From positions 1,248 through 65,247 of the forward strand of contig CAZYPV010000007.1 of assembly GCA_964649515.1 (NCBI GenBank): 64,000 bases of DNA, read 5' to 3'. Each line of letters begins with the position of its first letter. Position 1 is the first letter of the stretch. The stretch is from an uncultured Comamonadaceae bacterium. GTDB lineage: Bacteria > Bacteroidota > Bacteroidia > Flavobacteriales_D > Sanyastnellaceae. Below are positions 40,630-51,137 of this stretch, piece by piece. Made by a program: the position numbers and the translations under genes. Below the pieces are notes generated by a model. It was not told the origin of the DNA. It ran no database searches and was given only the letters and a program-made list of their open reading frames with translations.

Positions 40630-42156
40630 ATGAAGCCATCAAACGAATTGTTTGAGTTGATCAAATCGCTGAGTAAAAGTGAAAAGCGCTTTTTTAAGTT
40701 GGCCTCTTCTCTCCAAACGGGAGATAAGAACTACCTGAAAATATTTGATGCTATTGATAAGCAGAGTGAGTACGATGAAAATGCCATCAAACATCAATTT
40801 CGTAAAGAAACCTTCATCAAGCACTTCCCCTCTGAGAAGAATCACCTCTATAAGTTGATCCTGAAGAGTCTGAGATCTTATCACAGTGATAATTCGGTGA
40901 GCTCGATTCTCAAACAGGAGATCAAGAATATTGAGATCCTCTTCCACAAAGCTCTCTTTAAAGAATGCAATAAGTTCCTCATGCGTGCGAAGAAGATGGC
41001 CATCGAGCACGAAAAGTTTTACTACCTCTTTGAGCTCATTTCTTGGGAGAAGATGTTGTTAGAAGAGGCGCTGGAAGATGGTCAGTTTACAAAGGATTTG
41101 GACACCCTCATCATCGAAGAGCAAGAGGTGATAGAAAAACTTCGCAACTTGGCGGCCTACCATGTGCTTTATAGCAAAATCAATTACGTCTTCAGAAGTG
41201 GTGGTTTTGTGAGGAATGAGGAGGATCGCCGTTTGGTGGAAGAAATTGCCAACCATCCTTTAATTAAGGGTAAAAATACTGCTCTCAGTAGTCGAGCCGC
41301 CACCATTTGCTACTATACCCAAGGTTTTTGTCAGCTCGCTCATGGGAACTACGATTTGGCTCAAACCAAATTCGCCCGAGTAAAAGAAATTCTCGATCAA
41401 AATCCACACATCAGAAAGGACCTGGGTAAACGTTATGTGAGAACCTTGAATAATTTGGTGATGTGTCTGCTCGATAAAAAAGACTACGCCGCAGTGAAGG
41501 AACTGGTAACGGAATCCCGCGCAATGGTGGGTACACCTGGTTTCAAAGCCATCGATATTCGAGTGAGCATTTTCAGAAATACACACCTTGCAGAACTTCA
41601 GATGTACCATCAAACTGGAGATTTTGACCGCGGAATAGAGGCGGTTGAAGAGATTCTGAAAGGGATGGAGGCTTACGAAGGAAAGATGCACAAAGAGCAA
41701 GAGCTCACCTTTTTCTATCAAATTGCCTATGCGTATTTCGGAGCCGGTTTGTACAACAAAGCGTTGTTCTGGATCAATAAGGTATTGAACGATAACGAAA
41801 ACACTTTGCGTCAAGACATCTACTCCTATGCTCGCTTGTTCAATTTGGTGATCCACTACGAACTCGGAAACATGGACTTGTTGGAGTATATTACCAAGTC
41901 AACCCATCGTTATTTGAGCAAGCGCCAGCGCGACTATACGATGGAAAAGTTGATCATTGATAGCGTTCGTAAACTCATTCGAGCAAGCAACGTCATCGAT
42001 CGTAAAGATCTATTCATCAATTTCAGAAGCGATCTCGAATTGATGAAGGCCAATCCAGAGCACCGGGTGGTTTTCAAATACTTCGATTTCATCAAGTGGG
42101 TGGACAGTAAAATTGAAAACGCCACTTTCGCCGAGACCATCAAGAACGCGGTGTAA
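40630..42156 (+). CDS. hypothetical protein, predicted all-alpha / TPR-like
   Basis: 508-aa ORF with a clean ATG, helix-rich composition and no signal peptide. No catalytic motifs recognised. Confidence 0.6.
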   Translation: MKPSNELFELIKSLSKSEKRFFKLASSLQTGDKNYLKIFDAIDKQSEYDENAIKHQFRKETFIKHFPSEKNHLYKLILKSLRSYHSDNSVSSILKQEIKNIEILFHKALFKECNKFLMRAKKMAIEHEKFYYLFELISWEKMLLEEALEDGQFTKDLDTLIIEEQEVIEKLRNLAAYHVLYSKINYVFRSGGFVRNEEDRRLVEEIANHPLIKGKNTALSSRAATICYYTQGFCQLAHGNYDLAQTKFARVKEILDQNPHIRKDLGKRYVRTLNNLVMCLLDKKDYAAVKELVTESRAMVGTPGFKAIDIRVSIFRNTHLAELQMYHQTGDFDRGIEAVEEILKGMEAYEGKMHKEQELTFFYQIAYAYFGAGLYNKALFWINKVLNDNENTLRQDIYSYARLFNLVIHYELGNMDLLEYITKSTHRYLSKRQRDYTMEKLIIDSVRKLIRASNVIDRKDLFINFRSDLELMKANPEHRVVFKYFDFIKWVDSKIENATFAETIKNAV

Positions 42157-42176
42157 AGAGGGTAGTAACCTTATTG

Positions 42177-42214
42177 AAAAAGGGCTGATCTCGTAAAGAA
42201 ATCAGCCCTTTTTT
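42177..42214. terminator. bidirectional rho-independent terminator between convergent genes
   Basis: GGGCTGAT (42182-42189) pairs with ATCAGCCC (42201-42208). It is flanked by A5 on the left and T6 on the right. Confidence 0.85.
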
Positions 42215-42232
42215 AATGCTATTCGTTGATGC

Positions 42233-44263
42233 TTATTGAAGCACTTTAAACTCTGTTCTTCTATTGGCTTCGTGTTCCGCTTCCGAACATTCAACGCCTG
42301 TTTTGCATCTGTTCAACAATCGGCGTTTTCCATAACCTTTGCTGATGAGCATGCTTCTTTTCACACCTTTTGCTACCAAGTACTTCACTACTTCCTGGGC
42401 TCTTTTCTCTGAGAGAGCATCATTAAAAGCGTCTGAACCGCGTGAATCACAGTGAGAACTAATCTCAATGCGCAAATCCGGATTGTCTTTCAACAGTTTT
42501 ACAACATAGTTCAAATAAGGCTCAGCATCTGCCCGAATGTCCCAACGGTTGTAGTCCCAATTGATGTTTGGAATTTCGTAAGGCTTATTTTCATTGATGC
42601 CATCGGTGCTTCCATTTCCATTGTTGTTTTCACCGCTGTTTCCATTTTTGTTTCCGTCGTTGTTGTCAGATTTGTCTCCAGTGCCGTTTTGTTTTCCATC
42701 GTTGGATCCATCTCCGCTGCCATTATCGCTTATGTCATTCTCGTCGTTCGAGAGTGGAAGCAAAGCAAAGTTTTGCTCAAGGGATTCGTTCGATTGGATG
42801 TTTCGGGTATTGAAATTTTCAATGGTGCTGAAATATCCTTCTTTTTCAACTTTGATCTCGTAATCTTTTCCAGGGAGCAAAGGCATTTCAAACATGCCTA
42901 CTTCATCGCTCTGAACCACCTCTTCAGTTCCATCCGTTTTGTTGATGATGGTAATAATAGCGTCCGATAGAGGTAGGGTGCTTCCTTTTTTCGTCACCAC
43001 GCCATTCATCACCACACTAGGTTCAAAAATGAGGAAGGTGTAGAGTTGGTCTTTTCCAGATCGATCGCTCGACAAGTAACCGCTTTGTCCATCTTTGAAT
43101 ACAATACCAAAATCATCGCGAGGTGTATTTAAAGGATAGGCGAGGTGTTGAGGGGTAGACCATATTCCATTGCGTTGAGCACTGAAAAGGAGGTCGAGTC
43201 CGCCCATTGTTTGTTGAGCATCGGAAGAGAAGTACAGGCTGTCTGCAGACTTCAAACTAGGAAATACTTCATCTCCTTTGCTGTTCACTTTTCCACCGAG
43301 ATTCATCGGGGTTCCCCATTCTCCTGTTTCGAGTTTCTCTACTTTCCAGAGGTCCATTCCTCCAAATCCGCCCGCTTTATTCGAGGAGAAGTAAAGGGTG
43401 TTGCCATCCGAACTCAAGCTCGGGTGAGCGAACATGTAATTTGGGTCGTTGATGCTCATCAATTCGGGAGCAGACCAAGTTCCATCTTCTTGCTTTTCGC
43501 TCATGTACAATTGAGTGGTACTTTCTTCGGCCGCGTTCACATCGAGAACGTTCTTCCGTTTGTAGTTGCTTCGGGTAAGAATCATGGTGTTCCCATCAGC
43601 GCTAATGGTAGCGATTCCATCATGAAATTTTTGATTTACGCCTTCCATTTTTTCTGCGGCTGCAAAATCTTTTCCACTTCCCGGAGCATAAAACAAATCG
43701 GTATAATTCAATCCCGTGTAAGCGTCCTTTGGCCCTGAATTGGAACGTTCACCGGTGAACAAGAGTCCTTCTTTGAAAATGACCGGAGCATAAGCAATTT
43801 CGGTTCCTCCAATGTTTAATGGCGCAACTTCATATAAGCTTGAATCCTGCTTGTATTCTTGAATTTTGTTGCATGATGATTTGAGCGATTGTGCCAATTC
43901 ATTGGAAGGATCGCGAGACAAAATGCCCGAAAAGATTTTTTCAGCATCGCCATAGCGCTCACTAGCCATGAGTGCTTTACCATGCGCAATTCGATCGTCG
44001 TCGGTGAGCACCGTGCTCAAAGCAAGCAGTTCATACTGCTCAACGGCCATGTCAAATTGATTGGTTTGAGCATAGGCATCAGCCAAGCTTCTTCTTCCTT
44101 CAGGATGATCTTTTTTATCTAGGCCCTTCTCGAGCAAAACAATGGCGTCATCCATTTCGTAATTCTGGTAAGACGAAATCCCTTCTTTGATGTTCAATGA
44201 AGCACAAGAAGCCAAAACCAGTGCGGATAAACCTAGGGCAATGTGTTTGAATTGAGTGGTCAT
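42233..44263 (-). CDS. PorE-like lipoprotein (TPR - TolB-like beta-propeller - CarboxypepD_reg-like - OmpA_C peptidoglycan-binding domain)
   Basis: 676 aa with lipobox LVLASC, TPR-like helices and PD40-like repeats. An N/G/D-rich linker precedes the C-terminal OmpA motif (NRRTEFKV). Confidence 0.8.
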   Translation of the reverse strand: MTTQFKHIALGLSALVLASCASLNIKEGISSYQNYEMDDAIVLLEKGLDKKDHPEGRRSLADAYAQTNQFDMAVEQYELLALSTVLTDDDRIAHGKALMASERYGDAEKIFSGILSRDPSNELAQSLKSSCNKIQEYKQDSSLYEVAPLNIGGTEIAYAPVIFKEGLLFTGERSNSGPKDAYTGLNYTDLFYAPGSGKDFAAAEKMEGVNQKFHDGIATISADGNTMILTRSNYKRKNVLDVNAAEESTTQLYMSEKQEDGTWSAPELMSINDPNYMFAHPSLSSDGNTLYFSSNKAGGFGGMDLWKVEKLETGEWGTPMNLGGKVNSKGDEVFPSLKSADSLYFSSDAQQTMGGLDLLFSAQRNGIWSTPQHLAYPLNTPRDDFGIVFKDGQSGYLSSDRSGKDQLYTFLIFEPSVVMNGVVTKKGSTLPLSDAIITIINKTDGTEEVVQSDEVGMFEMPLLPGKDYEIKVEKEGYFSTIENFNTRNIQSNESLEQNFALLPLSNDENDISDNGSGDGSNDGKQNGTGDKSDNNDGNKNGNSGENNNGNGSTDGINENKPYEIPNINWDYNRWDIRADAEPYLNYVVKLLKDNPDLRIEISSHCDSRGSDAFNDALSEKRAQEVVKYLVAKGVKRSMLISKGYGKRRLLNRCKTGVECSEAEHEANRRTEFKVLQ

Positions 44264-44266
44264 AGT

Positions 44267-45190
44267 TTAGAAGTATCGGGGTGATCTGGTTTTAATGGAA
44301 AGGTCTTTGCCAAAGTCAAAGCCAAGCATGATTTCATGACTCCCTGCTGAATAGTCTTGAATGTCGGTTAGGGTGTAATCGTAAGCATAACCAATGCGCA
44401 ATTGGGGAGAAATGTTGTATTCAATCATTCCAATCATTGCGTCTTGTGTTCGATAACCCAATCCAAGCCAGAGTCTCTGATACAAGAGAAAATTAGCGTT
44501 CAAGTCCAACTCAATCGGTGCTCCAGGTAAGTATTTAACCAAAGTAGATGGCTTGAAGGCTAGGGCAGGACCAAGATCAATGACTCCGCCGACATTCAAA
44601 TAATAATGTTGGGTGAAGTAGTTGTCCTGATTGCTGATTTCTGGAAGTATGTTGTCGTCCAAAGAGTAAATCACTGGAATGGAGATGCCAGCATAAAACT
44701 TCTCGGTGTGGTAATAGGTTCCGAAACCGAACTTAGTGACCATCTCGTTCTGAATGTTGTTGGGACTATATACAGCGTCTTGACTGTCCCAAATGGTCAC
44801 ATCTCCCAAGTCTGCGCTGTACATCGCAAGGCCTGCCTTCACTCCAAATGAGAGGTCTCCACGACCCAAAGGTAGGTGGTAGGCAAAGTTTGCTGCAACA
44901 TCCAATTGGGAACTAATGCCGATTTGGTCATTGGTTACAACCAAGCCCACTCCCATGCGCTTGTTGGCAATCGGTCCATCAATGGCAAAAACCTGAGTGC
45001 TTGGAGCTCCGTCAAGATTGACCCATTGTGATCGGTGCAAAAGGGACGCACTGTAGTAATCATGCGTTCCTGCATATGCCGGGTTCAACAACATGCCATT
45101 GAACATGTATTGACTCACCTGTAACTCCTGCTGGGCGAAACTCGCTCCACCCGTACACAAGAGAACAAAAAGGAATATATATTTTTTCAT
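44267..45190 (-). CDS. PorP/SprF-family type IX secretion system membrane protein
   Basis: 307 aa with a signal peptide and the motifs QYMFNGMLLNPAYAG and HRSQWVNLDGAPST. The terminal residue is Phe. Confidence 0.88.
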   Translation of the reverse strand: MKKYIFLFVLLCTGGASFAQQELQVSQYMFNGMLLNPAYAGTHDYYSASLLHRSQWVNLDGAPSTQVFAIDGPIANKRMGVGLVVTNDQIGISSQLDVAANFAYHLPLGRGDLSFGVKAGLAMYSADLGDVTIWDSQDAVYSPNNIQNEMVTKFGFGTYYHTEKFYAGISIPVIYSLDDNILPEISNQDNYFTQHYYLNVGGVIDLGPALAFKPSTLVKYLPGAPIELDLNANFLLYQRLWLGLGYRTQDAMIGMIEYNISPQLRIGYAYDYTLTDIQDYSAGSHEIMLGFDFGKDLSIKTRSPRYF

Positions 45191-45211
45191 GATGGTATAT
45201 TCAAATGTGAA

Positions 45212-48200
45212 TTATCTTCTTAAGTCAACATAGGTAGCAAACTCTCTATCGCCCGCCGTAAACACAACAAAATAGGTTCCGTCTGGTAAATCTTCACCGT
45301 CGGTGTTGGTTCCTGTCCACTCGTTATTGTAATTGTTCTTTTCGTACACAATGTTCCCCCATCGGTTGAAAACAACGAAGGTATTGTTGGGGTACTCAGA
45401 GATGCCAAGAATCACATAAGCATCGTTGGCCCCATCATTGTTCGGTGAGAGTCCTGTTGGCAGCGTCAAGTCGTCAGGTTGGGTCAAAACAATGGTGCTG
45501 TCTTTCATACATCCATTGGCATCCGTTATGCTGATCACATAATTCCCTGCAGTCAATCCTCCGGGTTGCTCTTCCCCATCTTCAATGGAAGTGGGGCCTG
45601 ACCATGTGATGTCATATTCAGGTGTTCCCCCATTGATGTTCGTTTCAATTGATCCATTGTTCCCATCAAAGCTGGAAACGTTAAATCCATTTGGGTAGAG
45701 GGGGCTGCTTCCGAAGATGGTGATGCTGTCTGGCTCTAGAATGGTGTAGTTTTCGGTAATTTCACATCCAAGCTCATCCGTAATGGTTACGGAGAAGTTC
45801 CCGTCACAAATTCCATCAAGATCTTCTTCAGTGCTCACTTCTTCACCTGCTCCATTGGTCCAAACAAAGTTGGTTGCTCCATTGGCATTGCTGATGGTCA
45901 AATCAATGCTTCCGTCACAATCTCCGTAGCACAAAGGTTGACTGAGCTCTGCGCTAGCGGTCAAGGCTTGTGTCCCTTCAATGGTCTCTTCCAAAATCAA
46001 CTCACATCCATTGGCATCGGTAATCGTCGCCGTGTATTCACCTTCACAGAGTTCGGCGGCATCGGTAGCATCGTTGTCAATGTTTGTAGGTCCGGTCCAA
46101 ACTACAGTGAAAGGAGCATCAATGGCGTCAATATCCAATTCGATCGTACCGTCACACAAGCCACAGTTTGCTGGAGTGGAGGCGATGCTAGCTGTTATTG
46201 GGGTTGGTTCAACAATCGTAAAGCACTCTTCTTCTAAACTACAGCCGTTGGAGTCTTCAATGCTCACACAATATTCACCTACAGCGAGATCAGTGATGCT
46301 CGACACATTCCCGAAGTCTGGGGTCCACGTATATGTGTAATCCCCCGTTCCGCCACTGGTGTTTAGGATGATGCTTCCAAGTGTAGATCCGTCACAAGAA
46401 ATGTTGTTTACTTCCGCATTTGGGTTGATGGGCTCTGGGCCGCTGATTACAAACACTTCTTCAACAACGCAGTCCACGTCGTCCGTAATTTCTAGATTAA
46501 CGATATCACCAGCACAAAGACCGATTAAGGTCTCTCCACCACCCACAGAATTTCCGTTTACCGTCCAAGCGATGGTATAATCGGCAACTCCTCCGGATGG
46601 GGCAATGGTGATGCTTCCGTCACATGCTTCCGGACAAGTGGTGTTGAATCCGTTGAAGTCAGACAAGACCGCATTCGACATGATTTGTGTTGGTTGCTGA
46701 ATATCGAATTGAAGCAGAGTGTCGCATCCGTTGGCATCACTCACCAATACTTCATAAAAACCTTGGCAAAGTTCGATTTGATCTTCAGCCGTGCTCAATG
46801 TGTCCCCTTGATTGTCCAATTCCCAGAGGAAGGTGTAAGGACCAACTCCACCACTGACACTCAAATCAATGCTTCCGTCACATGCACCGAAACAAGAGAT
46901 TTCCTCTCCACTTGGATACAATGAAACAACTGCACTTACTTCTAGTGGGGTGTCGGGTTCGGTAATCTCAGCCTGAGCACTCGCTTCACAACCGTCCTCA
47001 TCGGTTACGGTGATGGTGTAGGTACCTGCGCTGAGTTGACTTTGGTTGAGTTCGTTCGGGTTGGTAATGCTTGGACCGGTCCAAAGCACATCGAATTCTG
47101 GCACGCCTCCTTGAATTTCTGCAAAAACAGCTCCCGTAGAATCTCCAACACATGGAATCACAAAATCGCTGTTGTTGAGCATCGGGATGGTGAGGTTGAC
47201 AGCAAAGGTATCTGGCTCAAATACGATCACACTTTCTTCCAAAGTACAGTTGTTCGAGTCGGTCAATACCAAATCATAAAGCCCACCAGGGATTCCTGCA
47301 AGCACGTTTCCAGCGTACTCTCCACCATTCCATTCAAAGGTGTAGCTTCCTGTTCCTCCACTAGCAGTTACAGCAATAGCACCGTCACTGAGGTCGTAGC
47401 AGCTCACAGGAGTGATGCTGTCCACGGTAAGGTCAAGTTCTTCGGGTTCTTCCAGTTCGAAGGAGATGATGTTTTCACAATCTTGTTGGTCAACCACTCT
47501 CAATTCGTAAATGCCGGGACAAAGGTTGAAGAGCGTATCTGCTGTGGCTTCATTGTCTCCAATGTCTCCAGTAATCCACTGGTAAAGAACATAGTTTCCG
47601 TTCCCACCTGTGATGTTGGGAGAGATCCATCCATCGCAAGCACCGGTACAACTGATTTCAAATCCGTTGTAATCACTCACGGCTCCAGAGCTTTCGATGG
47701 GCTCGGGCTCTTCGAGGTCAATTTCCGTAGTGGCCACACATCCATTGATGTCGGTTACCACAACACAATAACTACCCGCTGGGAGGTCGGTTTGTTGAGA
47801 TACTCCCGGAATGTTCACAGGGTCACAACTGGTCCAGTCATAATCGTAACACTCGGGCGCAAAAGTAGTACAGTCAGGGGTTCCACCTTCGATACTTACT
47901 GAGATCGCACCGTCATTTGCTCCGTTGCACGAGATATTAAAGTCTCCACCAAAATCCGAGATGGAAACAAAGATGTCCATCACTTGAGGAGCATCTAAAA
48001 ACAGACTGTCGCTCACTGAACATCCGTCTTCATCCGTCACTTCAACCACATAAGTACACTCAAACAAGTTGGAGATGCTGGTTCCTGTAGTTTCAGGGAA
48101 GAAACACTCCGGTTGCGCTTCCCATACGGCTGTGAGTACTCCCGTACCACCGCTCAATCCAAGCTCAATGGATCCATTGTTTTGTCCGAAACACACTGGA

Positions 48201-51106
48201 GGAACAACCACATCAAAGTCGATATCAATGGGTGTTGGTTCTCCTACGATGTAAACGAACTGCTCTTCACAACTGCCCGCAACAATGGTTAGAATATAAC
48301 TTCCGGCACAGAGTTCTGAAATGTTTTGACTGCTTGAGGTAAATCCATCCGGACCCGTCCAAGCAAAGCTGTCAGCTGTTGCCCCGACCAGTGTGATGTC
48401 GATACTACCATCGCAAGTTCCACCGCAAGAAGCATCGGTAATGTCAGCACTCGCATTGAATTGGTCATTTTCGCCAACATTAATGGTGAGATCCGTGGTA
48501 CAACCTTGAGCATCGGTAACGGTAAGTTCGTAATCCCCAGAGTTTAGGCCTGTGAGGTTCGGTCCAGTGCAAGGACAACTTGGCCCCGCAGTCCAATCTA
48601 AGATGTACGGACCACCATGAGCTCCACCTGCAATTACTTCAATTTCTCCAAGTCCAGCATTCGGGTCTCCACAGGGGTTGGGTGTGGTGTTCACTTGAAT
48701 GTCCCAATCGGGAACGCAGCTGATTTCAACTTCTCCACTTTCAGTACATCCGTTGTCATCCACTACCGTATATTCATAGGTCCCGCAAGGGAGATCAGCT
48801 AGATCTTCCAAACCGATGTAGGTCGTTCCACTTTGATCGTGAATCCAAGTCGCCAAATAAGGAGGTGTTCCTCCGGTAATGCTGATGTCGATGCTTCCAT
48901 CTTCTGCATCTGGGCAGCTCACACCAAACCCTCCTGGATACGAAGAAACATTATCTACACTTACAGCCAAAGGTGCTTCCGGCTCATTGATCGTAATGGT
49001 CACCGATTGTGCAGAGCTGCATCCGTTCACGTCAGAAACGGTCACCGTGAAATCACCCGCAGGCAATAAGGTGGCTAGAGGAGAAGTGAGGTTAGGGTCA
49101 TGGCTCCAACTGTACGTATAGAAAGGACACCCTCCCGTTGTAGTAACGGTAATAACACCTGTTTCTTCACCAGTACATAGAACATCTGTGGTACCATCCA
49201 CTTGGATTTCCAATACATCCGGCTCTTCTAAGGTGTAGCTCGCGGTAATTTCACACCCAATATCATCCACAACCACAACTTCATAAACTCCAGCGCATAA
49301 ATCTTCAAAAAGGGGATTGTCGCCAGTGATCGTAACGCCATTAATCGTAGTCGAGTAAGGAGCAACGCCACCAATAAGGTTCAATTCAATACTTCCATCA
49401 CATGCGCCATTGCACGATATCGGGAAGCAAGTATAATCGCTGAAGTTAACGTCGCTAATGGTCAGCAAATCTTCTTCTTCGATGGTGACACATTCTTCGG
49501 CAGTACAACCAAGTGCATCTATAATGCTCACACAGTATTCGCCTTCGGTAAGGTTGCTTAAATCCTCGTCATTAGAAAAGAAAACGCCGTCCAAAGTCCA
49601 TTCGTAAATAATGGGCTCGGTAGCATCGGTCACCGTTACGTCAATCGTACCATTGTCTCCATCAACACAAGTGACACTTTCAACATCAAAGGTGATGCTC
49701 GGGTTAACAACAGAAATCGTGGTTGAGGCACTCACGGTACACGAGGCCAAAGTGCTGGTTAAGGTGTAAGTAGTAGTACTGGTTGGACAGGCTTCTGGGG
49801 TGAGTGAAGTAGGGTCGCTAAGACCTTCAGTCGGACTCCAGGAGAAGGTCGCATCTCCATTGCTTTCGGCTTCACCCAAAAGTTGAACGCAATTTCCCGT
49901 GCATACAGTTGCGCTTTCCGGTGTTACAGAGACAAACAGTTCTTCTTCAATTGCAAAATCCACACTGCTTTGAAAGTCGAGGCCGTCGCACAATTGATCA
50001 ACCAATTGTACGGTAATGAACTCGGTTCCTTCACCCAATCCATCAGCGACGGTATTGATGTCGAAACTGAAATTACTTTCCCCAGCGGGAATTGTAATGG
50101 TGTAGAGGTCGTTCAATGCATCGTAGAAGGGAGAAAGGTCAGGACTTGTGGTGTAATCCACTCCCAATTCTGCGCTGCCAGACAAAGTGAAACTAACGTC
50201 CAATCCGGCTGCTTGTACCACGCCACTTTCAAAAGTAACGGTACCATCATTACAACCTTCGATCATGTAATCGGTGCCTCCCGAAGTGCTTGTGAGCACC
50301 GCAATGGGGTTGGATTCGATTTTTGAAACGAACACGGCACTGTCGTATAAACGGTCAGAACCATCAGCAATGATCAACTCAAGAGTGTATGTTTCACAAG
50401 GAATGACGTTCCCTACTTGAGCTTGCAAGCCTACAGTGAATCCATCGTACTGAATCCCTTGTCCGAGCGGGTTTTGGTTGTCGAAAAAGTAAGTGGTATT
50501 GTCAATGTTATTCACATTGTTGATGGCTACCGGCTGAGAGGTCCCAGGGATCAAGGCAATGTTTACTTGTGATCCAATTCCCGGACCAGTAATGAAGAAC
50601 CCAAATACATCGTTGAAAGGCGAGCCCACCCACTCCAAGTATTCCTCACTCGCGAAAACGAAGTCAAATTTCAAGCTATCTCCTTGGGGAACAATGTCGA
50701 ATTGCAGTTTACAAGCATCCCAAGTGGTCAAACCGCCATTGGCAGTAGTGAGTGTTGGGCTACCCGGAAAAAAGTTGTCATAAAGGTCGCAATTCAAGCA
50801 GTTGGCCCCGTCCAATTCGGGTAATCCCGTTTCGTCGTTCGGACCAACGGCATTCCATGCTCGTCCAGTAGTAAGCAAGACCCCTTCACTCGTGCCAATT
50901 TCAGTGTTGTTCGACGTGTAGTAGGCATAACTCGAATCTGCTGCTGTAAGTTGAGCATTGAAGATTTCTACCCCATCGCCCACCAAATTCTGAGCAATTT
51001 CGTCTGGGGTGAGGGTGTAGTCTAGTGTGAGCTGTGCTTTTGATATTCCTGCCGAAAAGATCAGGCAAAGAATCAAAAAGATGCGGTATGATGTCAGTGA
51101 CCTCAT
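45212..51106 (-). CDS. giant cell-surface protein: choice-of-anchor L domain, Calx-beta-like domain, ~17 SprB-type repeats, T9SS type B C-terminal sorting domain
   Basis: 1964 aa with a signal peptide. The choice-of-anchor-L blocks are FASEEYLEWV, FNDVFGFF, YDGFT and IADGSDRLYDSAVF. The recurring repeat is CxGxxDGSI...GGxxPYxxxW. The C-terminus reads GLSPNNDGANDAYVI...FNRWGNIVY...DGTYF. Confidence 0.9.
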   Translation of the reverse strand: MRSLTSYRIFLILCLIFSAGISKAQLTLDYTLTPDEIAQNLVGDGVEIFNAQLTAADSSYAYYTSNNTEIGTSEGVLLTTGRAWNAVGPNDETGLPELDGANCLNCDLYDNFFPGSPTLTTANGGLTTWDACKLQFDIVPQGDSLKFDFVFASEEYLEWVGSPFNDVFGFFITGPGIGSQVNIALIPGTSQPVAINNVNNIDNTTYFFDNQNPLGQGIQYDGFTVGLQAQVGNVIPCETYTLELIIADGSDRLYDSAVFVSKIESNPIAVLTSTSGGTDYMIEGCNDGTVTFESGVVQAAGLDVSFTLSGSAELGVDYTTSPDLSPFYDALNDLYTITIPAGESNFSFDINTVADGLGEGTEFITVQLVDQLCDGLDFQSSVDFAIEEELFVSVTPESATVCTGNCVQLLGEAESNGDATFSWSPTEGLSDPTSLTPEACPTSTTTYTLTSTLASCTVSASTTISVVNPSITFDVESVTCVDGDNGTIDVTVTDATEPIIYEWTLDGVFFSNDEDLSNLTEGEYCVSIIDALGCTAEECVTIEEEDLLTISDVNFSDYTCFPISCNGACDGSIELNLIGGVAPYSTTINGVTITGDNPLFEDLCAGVYEVVVVDDIGCEITASYTLEEPDVLEIQVDGTTDVLCTGEETGVITVTTTGGCPFYTYSWSHDPNLTSPLATLLPAGDFTVTVSDVNGCSSAQSVTITINEPEAPLAVSVDNVSSYPGGFGVSCPDAEDGSIDISITGGTPPYLATWIHDQSGTTYIGLEDLADLPCGTYEYTVVDDNGCTESGEVEISCVPDWDIQVNTTPNPCGDPNAGLGEIEVIAGGAHGGPYILDWTAGPSCPCTGPNLTGLNSGDYELTVTDAQGCTTDLTINVGENDQFNASADITDASCGGTCDGSIDITLVGATADSFAWTGPDGFTSSSQNISELCAGSYILTIVAGSCEEQFVYIVGEPTPIDIDFDVVVPPVCFGQNNGSIELGLSGGTGVLTAVWEAQPECFFPETTGTSISNLFECTYVVEVTDEDGCSVSDSLFLDAPQVMDIFVSISDFGGDFNISCNGANDGAISVSIEGGTPDCTTFAPECYDYDWTSCDPVNIPGVSQQTDLPAGSYCVVVTDINGCVATTEIDLEEPEPIESSGAVSDYNGFEISCTGACDGWISPNITGGNGNYVLYQWITGDIGDNEATADTLFNLCPGIYELRVVDQQDCENIISFELEEPEELDLTVDSITPVSCYDLSDGAIAVTASGGTGSYTFEWNGGEYAGNVLAGIPGGLYDLVLTDSNNCTLEESVIVFEPDTFAVNLTIPMLNNSDFVIPCVGDSTGAVFAEIQGGVPEFDVLWTGPSITNPNELNQSQLSAGTYTITVTDEDGCEASAQAEITEPDTPLEVSAVVSLYPSGEEISCFGACDGSIDLSVSGGVGPYTFLWELDNQGDTLSTAEDQIELCQGFYEVLVSDANGCDTLLQFDIQQPTQIMSNAVLSDFNGFNTTCPEACDGSITIAPSGGVADYTIAWTVNGNSVGGGETLIGLCAGDIVNLEITDDVDCVVEEVFVISGPEPINPNAEVNNISCDGSTLGSIILNTSGGTGDYTYTWTPDFGNVSSITDLAVGEYCVSIEDSNGCSLEEECFTIVEPTPITASIASTPANCGLCDGTIELDIDAIDAPFTVVWTGPTNIDNDATDAAELCEGEYTATITDANGCELILEETIEGTQALTASAELSQPLCYGDCDGSIDLTISNANGATNFVWTNGAGEEVSTEEDLDGICDGNFSVTITDELGCEITENYTILEPDSITIFGSSPLYPNGFNVSSFDGNNGSIETNINGGTPEYDITWSGPTSIEDGEEQPGGLTAGNYVISITDANGCMKDSTIVLTQPDDLTLPTGLSPNNDGANDAYVILGISEYPNNTFVVFNRWGNIVYEKNNYNNEWTGTNTDGEDLPDGTYFVVFTAGDREFATYVDLRR

Positions 51107-51137
51107 AAGTATGATTTTGATAAAGTTTGGGTGCGAA

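Noticed and set aside
42599-42738. Repetitive-looking G/T-rich DNA that could be mistaken for a microsatellite
   Set aside because: It is the in-frame Asn/Gly/Asp-rich linker of the PorE-like protein (..NGSGDGSNDGKQNGTGDKSDNNDGNKNGNSGENNNGNG..). It is imperfect and is coding.
47036-47902. 288-aa plus-strand ORF inside the giant adhesin gene, plus several shorter ones
   Set aside because: It is antisense to a continuous 1964-aa frame with coherent repeat structure. Its composition mirrors the Thr/Gly/Asp-rich coding strand.
45484-49699. Regular periodicity that might suggest a CRISPR or DNA tandem array
   Set aside because: The periodicity is at the protein level (about 75-85 aa SprB-type repeats) within one open frame. 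The DNA copies are diverged, and there is no repeat-spacer structure.
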